A DNA stretch of 63,541 nucleotides, the filler included, from Octopus bimaculoides (lineage: Eukaryota): NCBI RefSeq assembly GCF_001194135.2. It is 6 parts of 6 records of this genome, joined end to end, with 100 filler letters (N's around TTAATTAATTAA, not from the genome) between each part and the next. Parts side by side here need not be neighbours in the genome. Positions count along the whole stretch, not along the records: positions 23,875 to 32,799 come from NC_068993.1; positions 32,900 to 52,554 come from NC_068985.1; 4 more parts are not named here. One strand, written 5' to 3'. The translations under genes and the position numbers were made by a program. This document shows, piece after piece, positions 23,819-37,603 of this stretch. The notes beneath the pieces were generated by a model, which saw only the letters and a program-made list of their open reading frames with translations, searched no databases and was not told the origin of the DNA. Within the stretch, counting starts at the first letter, position 1; each line of letters begins with the position of its first letter.

Positions 23819-23830
23819 TTAATTAATTAA
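23819..23830. other. Synthetic scaffold linker TTAATTAATTAA
   Basis: 44 N either side. Confidence 0.92.
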
Positions 23831-24415
23831 NNNNNNNNNNNNNNNNNNNNNNNNNNNNNNNNNNNNNNNNNNNNTATATATATATATATATATATGAGTA
23901 CGTACATACATACGTATATATTGAACGTAGTACGAGTGAGAGAGGGAGAGCGAAAGAGAGAGCGAGAGAGAGAGAGAGAGAGAGAGAGAAAGTGAAAGTG
24001 CGGTAGAGAGAGGGATAGAGAGAGAAAGCGATCTCAAAGAAGACCACTAAGACATTTTGGTAAAACTTAGTTGCCCTGTAGTTATAAGCGATGTATTCTA
24101 CAAGTTACAATCCCCGAAACAGCAAAGAATTGAGTATAAATAGGATATAAAGTACAGCATAACCAAAAACCAAAAAAAAAACAAAAAAACAAAAAAAAGA
24201 AAAGCTGCGTGCCTGAAGTTTTGATGTTAATCATTCGGATCAAAAGGCAGCTTCGTTTCCATACTGTCATATCTTTGGTAGAATCCAAATATTTGAAAGA
24301 TAGAATGATAGTACCCTTTAATGAAGATTTAGGAACTGGGTACGATGGTAGTGATGGTGTTCAATGATGAGTTGAACGAGAAGTTGAAAAAAGAAAGCGT
24401 TCCTAAGACGATGGC

Positions 24416-24429
24416 AATGATGATGATAG

Positions 24430-24483
<54 letters not shown>

Positions 24484-24931
24484 GGATGATGATGATGTTT
24501 GTGATGTTGATGGTGAGTCGTGAGGAGAAAGAATACGTTTACGATTATGATAGTGTTGATGATGAAGATGATTATGATGCCGATGATGATGAGTATGGCA
24601 ATGAGGATGAGGATAGCGTCTATGACAATGACGACGACAGCGATGGTAATGATGATAATGATGATGATGATGTTGNNNNNNNNNNNNNNNNNNNNNNNNN
24701 NNNNNNNNNNNNNNNNNNNNNNNNNNNNNNNNNNNNNNNNNNNNNNNNNNNNNNNNNNNNNNNNNNNNNNNNNNNNNNNNNNNNNNNNNNNNNNNNNNNN
24801 NNNNNNNNNNNNNNNNNNNNNNNNNNNNNNNNNNNNNNNNNNNNNNNNNNNNNNNGATGATGATAATGATGATGATGTTGATGATGATGATGATGATGAT
24901 GATGATTATGATGTTGATGATGATGAGGATA

Positions 24932-24967
<36 letters not shown>

Positions 24968-25023
24968 TTGATGATGATGATGATGATAATGATGATGATG
25001 TTGATGATGATGAGGATAATGAC

Positions 25024-25054
<31 letters not shown>

Positions 25055-25321
25055 TAGATACTGCTACTGCTGCTGCTGCTGCTGAAGAAGAAGAAGAAGA
25101 AAAAGAAGAAGAAGAAGAAGAAATTGATGATAATGATGTTGATGATGAAGATGATGATAATGATGATGATGATGGTAATGATGATGATGATGAGGATGAT
25201 GATGATGATGATGTAGAAACTGCTACTGCTACTGCTGCTGCTGAAGAAGAAGAAGAAGAAGAAGAAGAAGGAGAAGAAGAAGAAGAAGAAGAAGAAGAAG
25301 AAGAAGAAGAAGAAGAAAATG

Positions 25322-25353
<32 letters not shown>

Positions 25354-25435
25354 GGTGATGATGATGATGTTGATGATGGTGATGATGATGATGATGATGA
25401 TGGGGATGCTGATGAAGATAATGAGGAAGAAGACA
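24416..25435. repeat. Compound in-phase triplet repeat (GAT/GAA/GCT)n with a gap
   Basis: Direct reading of the sequence. Confidence 0.95.
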
Positions 25436-27887
25436 AAAAAGAAAGAAAGAAAGAAAGAAAGTAAAGCGTGATTAAGACGGAGTTAAACGGAGTAAATACA
25501 ATAACCACAGCGCAACAGGATCAACACCTACAGCAACAAAAATTAATTTAAACACGAAAATATTTAAGATATGAATTCACAAGTAGAACCGTGATTATAC
25601 TGAATACTCCTGAAACGAAGATATGGAGTACTTGAAGAAATTGTGAGATAAATGCGCTGAGAGTTTGTAAAATTGAATAAATTCGTAACTTAGATGCGGT
25701 AATGTTTAATTTGTGTCACATTCATTTTCCTTGGCATATTTAAAATATTTTACGCAAATTCCCATGTGACAATACGTAATTCTTGCATATTTCCTCTACT
25801 ATTAGTACAGATACATGTCCGTATTTGACAGTTTAAGGAAGTAACATCTATCTGAAATAAAATACGCACAGTCTTAATTTATTCCTAGCTTTTGCAATGG
25901 TAATTCCGTTATTTTTCTAGATAATTTTCGAATTGAAACGCCGGCATTTTTTATTTACTGCCGACAAGGATCTGCGCTTGCGATGTAGGCTGGAAAAATT
26001 AGAATGTATAAGCATGGGGCATATACTTGATTGCCTCGTGTATATAAGTTTAATCTGGGTGTACCTGCCGAAGAAGACTTCGCCTAGCAAATTATTTTAT
26101 GTGCTAAAAAATAGGCAGAAACCACGGTTAAGTAGCTAGATGGTAAATGTTTATTTTTATTTTTCATTCCATTCGAAGTTTTTTTTAAATCCCTAATAGT
26201 TGTTTGGAACTTAGCTGTTCTTTCTAGCGTGAAAAGAATCCTTTGNNNNNNNNNNNNNNNNNNNNNNNNNNNNNNNNNNNNNNNNNNNNNNNNNNNNNNN
26301 NNNNNNNNNNNNNNNNNNNNNNNNNNNNNNNNNNNNNNNNNNNNNNNNNNNNNNNNNNNNNNNNNNNNNNNNNNNNNNNNNNNNNNNNNNNNNNNNNNNN
26401 NNNNNNNNNNNNNNNNNNNNNNNNNNNNNNNNNNNNNNNNNNNNNNNNNNNNNNNNNNNNNNNNNNNNNNNNNNNNNNNNNNNNNNNNNNNNNNNNNNNN
26501 NNNNNNNNNNNNNNNNNNNNNNNNNNNNNNNNNNNNNNNNNNNNNNNNNNNNNNNNNNNNNNNNNNNNNNNNNNNNNNNNNNNNNNNNNNNNNNNNNNNN
26601 NNNNNNNNNNNNNNNNNNNNNNNNNNNNNNNNNNNNNNNNNNNNNNNNNNNNNNNNNNNNNNNNNNNNNNNNNNNNNNNNNNNNNNNNNNNNNNNNNNNN
26701 NNNNNNNNNNNNNNNNNNNNNNNNNNNNNNNNNNNNNNNNNNNNNNNNNNNNNNNNNNNNNNNNNNNNNNNNNNNNNNNNNNNNNNNNNNNNNNNNNNNN
26801 NNNNNNNNNNNNNNNNNNNNNNNNNNNNNNNNNNNNNNNNNNNNNNNNNNNNNNNNNNNNNNNNNNNNNNNNNNNNNNNNNNNNNNNNNNNNNNNNNNNN
26901 NNNNNNNNNNNNNNNNNNNNNNNNNNNNNNNNNNNNNNNNNNNNNNNNNNNNNNNNNNNNNNNNNNNNNNNNNNNNNNNNNNNNNNNNNNNNNNNNNNNN
27001 NNNNNNNNNNNNNNNNNNNNNNNNNNNNNNNNNNNNNNNNNNNNNNNNNNNNNNNNNNNNNNNNNNNNNNNNNNNNNNNNNNNNNNNNNNNNNNNNNNNN
27101 NNNNNNNNNNNNNCGTGCGTGACTGTGGTGTGTGGATGTTTGAGGAATTCTATATGCACACATATGTGCACAAACATACGCTGATATCTATCTGACTGTT
27201 TACAATTGTGCGTGTGTCTGCATGTGCATGCATTTGTCCATTTATGCTTTACATATGTACCCTATTCCGTGTACATGTATCCAACAGTGTATTTCTTTAT
27301 GTAAACATTTGTGAAACAATGCGTTATACACGAAACCGCATGCCTCTGTTCATAAACGAAAAAAATGCTCTGAAACGAAAAAGTGAAGGAGGAAAATGAT
27401 GAGAGAAAGAAATACAATGAGATACAAAGTGAGGTAGCAACAGAAGAGGTAGAGAAGCAGGATCAGAAGTAATAGCAGTCCAAATTACCTGTAAATATCA
27501 GAGATGCCTAATACGCTCCAAGGTAAATACTCACCTATTTCTGCTTTGGAATAATAATTTCTCAATCACTAATAGAAAGCTATATTTGAACAGTTTCAAG
27601 AAAACGACAACAGACATAGAGAAGATGGGTCTAGACACATCGAGGACAAAATAGTCGTAAAATAATTCAATTTTCTGCACCATCGAGGATACGTTTCTAC
27701 TTAGCTAATGAATACGGAATTATAGTGGTCACACATTTCCAGAACCGATGTGAGAGCACACAAACACACAGGCACACAAACACACGTGTGTGTATATTAG
27801 AAATGCATATATATANNNNNNNNNNNNNNNNNNNNNNNNNNNNNNNNNNNNNNNNNNNNNNAGAGAGAGAGAGAGAGAGAGAGAGAA

Positions 27888-27937
<50 letters not shown>

Positions 27938-28859
27938 GGATAGACAAATAGATAGAGAAACACATATGTGCATATACATATTCATGTATATCTATACATA
28001 CATATTTATAATGCAGGAATGTATGTATATATAGACATAAATAAATGTATATCTACTCGGCCTTGAGGGGAATAGGTACGTATATGTGTGTGATTGTTTT
28101 TGAGTGTGTGTGCAGCTGTAGGTGGAAGTATGGTTGTGTCTGAGTGTTTGTCCGTGTGTGCGCGCATCAGTGTTCATAGGTAGGAATGCACAACTAATCA
28201 TGCGTTATGTATTCATTACATGAACTTGATATGTTCCACATCCTTATTTATTGTGGTAAGCTATGTCGTAACAGTATCACTGAAGCTTAGCATCATTAAC
28301 AATACTGATGTCGTGTGTCTACTAGAGAAATTATCATCTTCTTCGACCTTGAAGTACTTAAATACTAATAAGTCGCTAGCACTTTTAATGTCCTTGACCT
28401 AAACATCATTCGCCGCTGTTAAATTTAATGAAACGCTATTGTATAGTCGTTGTTTTTATCAGTAGCGCAAGCTGACACAACGAATATCCATAGTTCATTC
28501 TACTCTAGGATACATCCATGTTGAATTCTTTAGATTTTAACCGTTATGGAAAATTGCAACTATGGAAAGAACGTGTAGCTAGAAACAAATTTTTTTCTGG
28601 GTTAATATCTATTATTATCCTTCATAGTATTGTACTGTTTGCGGCCAGTTAGCTTTGGTATTATTATACTGAATACATTATAATTGAGTGGGTGTAATAA
28701 AAGACAAGAAAATGGAGTTTGCATTATCATATGAATAATACCAACTACATTGCATTGCTATAAATATTCCAACCGTTAACATTCTTGGTCAATACTTTTA
28801 CACTTTATCTATATAAAATCTGGCATTTATCTCCCTTATTTAAATTTTTAATCTAATAA

Positions 28860-28945
28860 GTTGTAATCGTTCTTTGGCGGCAAGTCAGCTTTGATGGAAT
28901 AGTCCAATGGCCAAAGAAATTCCAGCCGTAAACATGCCGTCTTTT
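28860..28945 (-). mobile_element. Family F 3' fragment
   Basis: Similar to 16430-16465 and to the reverse complement of 4331-4385. Confidence 0.4.
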
Positions 28946-31537
28946 CCTGTCCTTTTCTTGTTATCAATATGCCGTGCTACCAACATGGCTTCAGTCTCTC
29001 GCTGAAAACAGTAAAAATGTAAAATTTGTAAGAATTAGTTGTGAGACTTGAGAGAGATTCCAAATTTTATTTATTGTAGATCGAAACGCTAATTAAACGA
29101 TTTAACTCAGGTACTTAAGTATTGGAATAGGCCATCTATTGATATGACCTTTAATTTATACGTTTCCTTGTTCATTGCTCTCTATTACAACTATTACCAA
29201 ACCGCGTGCTATATTTGGTGATTGTCCTATCCAGGCCATCTGTAATAACCATGCAGGGAGTACACTGGGCCTGATTTCAGAAAAATCCCTATAATTTCTT
29301 ATTCATTTTGCATATATTGTTGACTGGCAAGCAATAGGTACGAAAGTACGTCCTTCTAAAATTATATTCGGAGGTTCTTGTATTAGTTAATGTTACTCAA
29401 TTAAGTATTTTAATTTGATTTTTATATTTCTAATAACTTCAGTCCTTTGAAAAAGCTTTTAAAAATCAAACCAAGAGTAAATATATATCGTCCGAGAATA
29501 TTAACATAGTTCAGAATGTGATAAGATTATTCAGATATACAAGCGTTTCTTAAATTAGTGAACTCCGTGTACAACATATGATTAATAGTTTTTGAAGAAC
29601 TGGAGTATGTTTCATCTGCTGTGTAACGAATGATAATGTTCTTGCTACAACTTCACAACTCTTCCCCGAAAACGGAGGGCCTTTATGCCTATTTAAATGA
29701 AGCTATTAATTATATTAAAGAAGTTAATCTGAGTCGGTGACTCTTAGCTTCATATATTTCTTTGTGCATAAAATCATCTTTCATACACAACCTACCACTC
29801 GTTTATGTACAACAAATTTTGTTATCGGTAAATAGCTTATACCGTGCAGTTAACATGAAATAGTCGATATTACATTCATCTTGGGAAATCTTCTACTTTC
29901 ATTCTGTATCTACAGAAAATATACCATTTTTTTTCTTCATACGCTGATCCTTTTTTGTTTATATTTTTTCTGCATTTTTAGTATTTCATTCGTATCCTCA
30001 GAGAAACGGATATGGAATTTTGCAATAGTAACAGATTGTTTGATGTTATACTCCTAAGTTATTTAGTGATCGATAAACTCTTACAACATATAAAAGTAAG
30101 TACTTACATTGAGTTTATTTATTTCTTTTCATTTTTAATGGAATCGATAATACAGAGGCCCGCAAAACTTTATCAAAACGATAATATTTAATAGCAATGG
30201 TTACTAATATACATAGTATTTGGACTGGGAAGTAATATATAACGTAAAGATTATAACTCCTATGATTAAACATCTTAAGAATTTTCTCTTGTATTTTTAT
30301 TTTTATTTTCTCGTATTCCTTCCTGTACTCTCATCGCAAGATCAATTCCTTCCTGCGCTTTGAAGAAGAAATCACGGATGGTATATCGAGAGGAAATAGT
30401 AAGACATACAGGATGTGCGATTAAGATTTTTCTAAAACATTTCTTACATTCGTTTAGATTATTTTTTTTGTGCATGTTTTTTTACTCTTTGCTTTGGCAT
30501 TTTTTATTAGAGTCAGTTGCATGCGAATATTTATGTGCCCAGAAAACCTAGATCAATATTATATTTATCTATACATTTACTTTCTTTCACACACACACAC
30601 ACACATGAATTCACAAACACATATATGTATCTAAGTATCTCTATGCAAATATGTGCATTATATANNNNNNNNNNNNNNNNNNNNNNNNNNNNNNNNNNNN
30701 NNNNNNNNNNNNNNNNNNNNNNAAGCTCCGGGTGATAGGTACATAAAAAATATATAGAGAGACACAGATAGTTAAATTATTAATCCATACTGATCGTCGC
30801 CATGATATATGTATGTTCTCTCTAGAAATGTATATGTAAAAATACGTGTCGTGTGTCTAGAATAAGTTGTAAGTGCATGTGATATCATGTTTATTTACTC
30901 TAAAATTATAAGTTTTACACTTACATTCATAATATTTGTGCTGCGCCTTACTCCGAAATGAAATGCATACATACGTAGGCACATATATATCAGCGTACAT
31001 ACATTCGCACATACACCCACTCACACACAGAGAAGTACGTATAAGCATATGTATATATATGTGGGTTGAATTGTTAAGATGTTGTATTCTATTTGAAATG
31101 AGTGCATAGTGGTATGTTAAATACATATTTGTAAACAACATGGGACATCGGAGTACCGAAGAAAGAGACAATATATTATCGAGATGGATTGATGCATGTC
31201 GAGCATTATAAATATAAGGGATGACTAGGACAAATTCCGAAATATTATTAATGATTCGACGCAGCTAACTGAGGTATACACAGCATATTTACACACGCAC
31301 AGAATACCAAGTATAATGTTAAAGAATACAAATTCTATCGAATATTGCAAATATAGAAAATGGAATGTGAAATTAGACCATTACATGTGAAATAGAGTAA
31401 CCTGATTGCTAATAACGAAAACCATTTTAGACGATTCCTCGGTTCATTTTTACAAGAAGTATAAAAATATAGGATTTCTAAAACCCAAAGTTTCAGAAAC
31501 TTTCAGTTATTTTCAGCTTAAACTAAATAAAAATAGT

Positions 31538-31725
31538 GGAGGCACATGGCAAGTGTTGGACTCATGACCAGAAGATTGTGATTTCGCTGTTGGGTTCTTG
31601 AGCAAAACACTTCATTTCATGTTGCTCCAGTGTACTCAGCTGCAAAAATGAGTGTTCCTGTGGCGGACTGGCGTCCCATCCGGTCTTTGGTATATATGCC
31701 AGAGAATCCAGGTAGCCGTTCTAGA
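31538..31725 (+). mobile_element. SINE family C (MetaSINE-like)
   Basis: GTTCTTGAGCAAAACACTTCATTTCATGTTGCTCCAG...GGCGGACTGGCGTCCCATCC. Confidence 0.7.
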
Positions 31726-32843
31726 TGTCAATTTGACTCTAGAAAGCGCTCTGAACTTCTATTATGCGAGAAGGAAATAATTGTTCAAATACATCTACAG
31801 ACGTTATCCAATGGCTTAGGCATATCTTAATGATTCATTATTTTCTACAGAAACCATTGAGATTGAAGCCCTGATCTCAATACTCAGCAAGGTAGCTAAG
31901 TACTTACTGATATAGCCATGTATATATATATACGCGCATATGTGATTTGTGTGTTTTTCTGCGTTTGTGTGTATATATCTATAAATCTATAATCGTGTGT
32001 ATGTATTTCCTCAGGCCTACAAAAAAAACAAAACAACGGGGTTGTGTGTCAAAATATTGTTTCTCCCGCACCCCTTATATTTTAGATGGATCAACTAATT
32101 ATTTGACATTTGAATTAGCTAAATCTCATTAAAGTTGAAACTCCAGCATGACCGCACTCGAATGAGAGTTATCATTTATATTATACCTTGTGATGTGATA
32201 TTATTGGTGGATTTGATAACAATCTCTTTTCTAAAAATATAAAAAATATTACAATATTTTCTCGCTGTCTAGATATCATGTCCTGAGTAATAGTGCCATC
32301 TTCTAGATATACAGAAACATGAAGAGTAAATGTGGATAGGAACATGCGAAGAGTATCAACAGTGAAGCTGAATAAATTCCAGGCAAATTTCGAAGCTTTA
32401 TACAAAGAGAAGCTATAAGAAACAGTATTAAGACGTAGCATCATATAATAACGGTGGATTTCTCGATAACTGACTTAATATAGCAATAAATCATCTTAAA
32501 AACATAACATGCTCTATGATTTAAATGACAAGAACAGAGGAATAGTATATAAGAAGGAGAGCGAGAAAAAGGGAAGCCAGATAAAGGGAGTGAATGAATG
32601 AGAGAGAAAGAAAGAGAGAAAGAAAGAAAGAGAGAAAGAGAATGAGTGTGTGAGAGATAAAAAGAGCTGAATACAAGTATTTGGTAGTACAATCGTACAA
32701 TCATCGGATGTAAAGGAAAAAGAATTTGGCTACAAAACAAAAAACAAAGACAAACAAAAACAAAAACAAGATAAGAAAAATGAACAGTGAAATCACAAAN
32801 NNNNNNNNNNNNNNNNNNNNNNNNNNNNNNNNNNNNNNNNNNN

Positions 32844-32855
32844 TTAATTAATTAA
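32844..32855. other. Synthetic scaffold linker TTAATTAATTAA
   Basis: 44 N either side. Confidence 0.92.
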
Positions 32856-32899
32856 NNNNNNNNNNNNNNNNNNNNNNNNNNNNNNNNNNNNNNNNNNNN

Positions 32900-32968
<69 letters not shown>

Positions 32969-33467
32969 CTATGTGTGTATGTATGTATGTATGTATGTGT
33001 GTATATATGCATGTGCCTGTGCGCGTTTGTGGTAGTAGATGTCTGTGCGGGTTTCTGAGTGTGTGTATGCGTTTGTGTCTGATGATAACGAGTATGAGAA
33101 AAGCCCCTTGGCACTTTTTGTAACCAATGTGTACATTTTATCAGAAACCTTGATTTTCTTGATGATGGCTCGCGTTTCCTGAATTTACACCGCCTTCATA
33201 CAACTGGAGAAAGCTCTGGAATAATTCCATTATCAAGAAACCCAATGGTTTTCACGGAGTGCTGACTGAGATTTATACAAAACAGCAGTACATACACTCA
33301 CACACACACACACACACACACAACAGACCCCCCNNNNNNNNNNNNNNNNNNNNNNNNNNNNNNNNNNNNNNNNNNNNNNNNNNNNNNNNNNNNNNNNNNN
33401 NNNNNNNNNNNNNNNNNNNNNNNNNNNNNNNNNNNNNNNNNNNNNNNNNNNNNNNNNNNNNNNNNNN

Positions 33468-33504
<37 letters not shown>

Positions 33505-33823
33505 GTGTGCGTCTGCGCATGTGTGTGTGAGGGGCATGCGTGCGAGAGATTCTATATACTCGTGATTGAATGTTTTCTACACCTAAGAGTAATTCATGTA
33601 GACATATGAACAGAGAGTTCAAAAAGATTATCTGTATATACCAACCTGTGACATAGTCTGCATGCATATATGGATATATATATATCTTTGTGTGTGTGTG
33701 TATGATCTATGTGTATGTGTGTGTGTGTGTGTGTGTGTATGTATATATACATATACATATACGTACATATGTATGTGTGAGTATATACATGTGTGTGTAT
33801 ACATATATGTGTATGTATACAGG

Positions 33824-33891
<68 letters not shown>

Positions 33892-33906
33892 NNNNNNNNN
33901 NNNTTT

Positions 33907-33950
<44 letters not shown>

Positions 33951-35043
33951 TATGCGTGTGTGTGTGTGTGTTTGTGTGCGCGTTTTGTTGCATTCCACAT
34001 CTTTCATTCTGCTTAATATCTAGCACACACAGTGGATGTTGATATTGTTGTTTTAAAATCGAGTTAATTTAGTAGAATAGATCTATTCAGAAAGCTGTTT
34101 ATGGAGATTGGTCACGAAAAGCTTTCAGATGCATCGTATTATCGCTTCCTTTTAGTACTGATAAGCTTTATATCAGTTAATGACGGTGCCAGCATCCAAC
34201 CTAGTGAATTATCAGGATAATTTACTACTCTACAGCCACATGTGCAACGATAATCACCAAGAATTCTTCTTGTAGGTTAATGATAGAGAACACTTAGAAA
34301 ATATCCCCTTCTGCAAAAACAAAAAAAAAACATTAACTGTGTATAATTATATACATATATATATATATATATANNNNNNNNNNNNNNNNNNNNNNNNNNN
34401 NNNNNNNNNNNNNNNNNNNNNNNNNNNNNNNNNNNNNNNNNNNNNNNNNNNNNNNNNNNNNNNNNNNNNNNNNNNNNNNNNNNNNNNNNNNNNNNNNNNN
34501 NNNNNNNNNNNNNNNNNNNNNNNNNNNNNNNNNNNNNNNNNNNNNNNNNNNNNNNNNNNNNNNNNNNNNNNNNNNNNNNNNNNNNNNNNNNNNNNNNNNN
34601 NNNNNNNNNNNNNNNNNNNNNNNNNNNNNNNNNNNNNNNNNNNNNNNNNNNNNNNNNNNNNNNNNNNNNNNNNNNNNNNNNNNNNNNNNNNNNNNNNNNN
34701 NNNNNNNNNNNNNNNNNNNNNNNNNNNNNNNNNNNNNNNNNNNNNNNNNNNNNNNNNNNNNNNNNNNNNNNNNNNNNNNNNNNNNNNNNNNNNNNNNNNN
34801 NNNNNNNNNNNNNNNNNNNNNNNNNNNNNNNNNNNNNNNNNNNNNNNNNNNNNNNNNNNNNNNNNNNNNNNNNNNNNNNNNNNNNNNNNNNNNNNNNNNN
34901 NNNNNNNNNNNNNNNNNNNNNNNNNNNNNNNNNNNNNNNNNNNNNNNNNNNNNNNNNNNNNNNNNNNNNNNNNNNNNNNNNNNNNNNNNNNNNNNNNNNN
35001 NNNNNNNNNNNNNNNNNNNNNNNNNNNNNGCTACTATTACTTC

Positions 35044-35091
<48 letters not shown>

Positions 35092-35175
35092 AAGAAGAAG
35101 AAGAAGAAGAAGAAGAAGAAGAAGAAGAAGAAGAAGAAGAAGAAGAAGAAGAAGAAGAAGAAGAAAAAGAAGAAG
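35044..35175. repeat. (TAG)n-(GAA)n microsatellite
   Basis: Direct reading of the sequence. Confidence 0.97.
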
Positions 35176-36043
35176 AACTGTTTCTGACTTTGGTACAGTG
35201 CCAACAATTTTGGATGAGGAGGAATTTAGTCGATGACATCGACCTCCAGTTCTTAATAAAGCCATAATAATATCAAGACTGATTCTGCATTCCCACACGA
35301 TTGTTGACAAGCGCTACCAATAAAACCATATTATTCAGGCCAATGTCAACAGTGGAATGTGTACTTTACATTTGATGCATAAAATCTACAAATATTGCGG
35401 TGTACAAAAATATGCATTACTTGAAAATTATAAACCGCTAAATGACAAAAATGATAATGATGTATAACAGAAGAAGGGAATTTTCACTCGTCAGGTCATG
35501 CAAATAAAACAAGAAAAAATTTATAAATTAGCAGGAGAGAAATACGCTTTTATACAACGTATATATATTTTACATTTACATTTACATTCTGCTCCAAAAC
35601 TGGATACTGCGAGTATATTTTCACATAAATTTTGAAGACAAAATATTTTTTGATTTTAGATAACCTTGGATCCCAGCAGAATTGGTAATTTAAGAATAAT
35701 ACTTTATTAAAGACAAGATTATATCAAATATAGAATTATAACGCTTAAAAAGCAATAATCATAACTGTTTTGTTTTGTTTTTTTTTGTTATTTTTTTTTT
35801 GCAGTTGAGGTCATCAGGGATCTCAGGGAATTGCTGATTGACCCTAGGTAGTTGTTCTCATATTGAAACAATTTTTTTCATTTCTCTAAATACTGTTGAT
35901 TCTCGTGCCTTTTCTTCTGATATTTGATTGCATGTAAATCTCTACCCGGTTTTTTTTCTTCTTTTTACGTTTCATTTTCTTTTTGTAATTTGTCCTTGTA
36001 ATGTCTGCTCATACGTCGCCTTTGAGGCAGATAAAAAAAAACA

Positions 36044-36045
<2 letters not shown>

Positions 36046-36105
<60 letters not shown>
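36046..36105. repeat. (ATT)n microsatellite
   Basis: Direct reading of the sequence. Confidence 0.97.
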
Positions 36106-36107
<2 letters not shown>

Positions 36108-37533
36108 ACATTGCGCCGGGGGCAATAAATTAGCAAATCGATTTCTTACTGTAAGTGCTATGATGTTGGTGATATGATTTGNNNNNNNNNNNNNNNNNNN
36201 NNNNNNNNNNNNNNNNNNNNNNNNNNNNNNNNNNNNNNNNNNNNNNNNNNNNNNNNNNNNNNNNNNNNNNNNNNNNNNNNNNNNNNNNNNNNNNTTTTTT
36301 TTTTTTTTTTTTTTTTTGGAGTGATGGTATTGATGTAGGGAATGTCGATGTTGCTGACGTTGATAAGGACGATAGCGGGGAAGAAGTGTAGCAACGAACG
36401 TCCTTTGCTCTTCTCAGAGCTGTAATAAACGAAATGAAATAGCCATCTCTTTTTTTTCTCTCTTTTTTTTTGTTTTCATATATATATATTTTTCTTTTTC
36501 TAACTACAGCATCAATAAACATTCTCTGCAGGTTTGGCCTTCATCGATCATTTTCTTATTTAGTTTGGATGGTTGTGTTAATATAAATCGTTGATTCCTG
36601 ACTTCAGTGAATCAAAGAATGGACAGAGTAAGAAATAAAACATTATTCCAAGAGAGCTAAGACCAAGACCTTTCGTTCGCAAACAATGTTTTATCCTCGG
36701 AGGTCTAACTTGCACTTCCACGTAGACCAGCCTGGAGTTAGCATAACTGCATTGCATACTACTATGACTAACTAATCTTCGGTAGCACTAGAATACAAAC
36801 CGTAAAGGAAAAAAATAAGAAAAACAATATGAAAGGAAAGAAAGAATTGGAAATGAAAAGGCAAAAACGTTGGAGTCAAGTTAAAGGCCATTATGTTATA
36901 CATGCATGGGTGTCTACTTCTATAATTGTGTGGCATGTGTTTTAGTGTGTGTGTAGAGAGACAGAGAGATAGAGAGATAGAGAGAGAGAGGGCATATATT
37001 CTCTTGCGATTTTTCATGCGTATTTATAAGATTATACATACGATATATGTGTATGTATATATGTGTGTGTGTATATACATATATATATATACATATATAT
37101 ATATANNNNNNNNNNNNNNNNNNNNNNNNNNNNNNNNNNNNNNNNNNNNNNNNNNNNNNNNNNNNNNNNNNNNNNNNNNNNNNNNNNNNNNNNNNNNNNN
37201 NNNNNNNNNNNNNNNNNNNNNNNNNNNNNNNNNNNNNNNNNNNNNNNNNNNNNNNNNNNNNNNNNNNNNNNNNNNNNNNNNNNNNNNNNNNNNNNNNNNN
37301 NNNNNNNNNNNNNNNNNNNNNNNNNNNNNNNNNNNNNNNNNNNNNNNNNNNNNNNNNNNNNNNNNNNNNNNNNNNNNNNNNNNNNNNNNNNNNNNNNNNN
37401 NNNNNNNNNNNNNNNNNNNNNNNNNNNNNNNNNNNNNNNNNNNNNNNNNNNNNNNNNNNNNNNNNNNNNNNNNNNNNNNNNNNNNNNNNNNNNNNNNNNN
37501 NNNNNNNNNNNNNNNNNNNNNNNNNNNNNNNNN

Positions 37534-37603
<70 letters not shown>

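Noticed and set aside
34141-34185. U2 snRNA-like start ATCGCTTC...TATCAGTT
   Set aside because: Requires many gaps; no Sm site or branch-pairing region.
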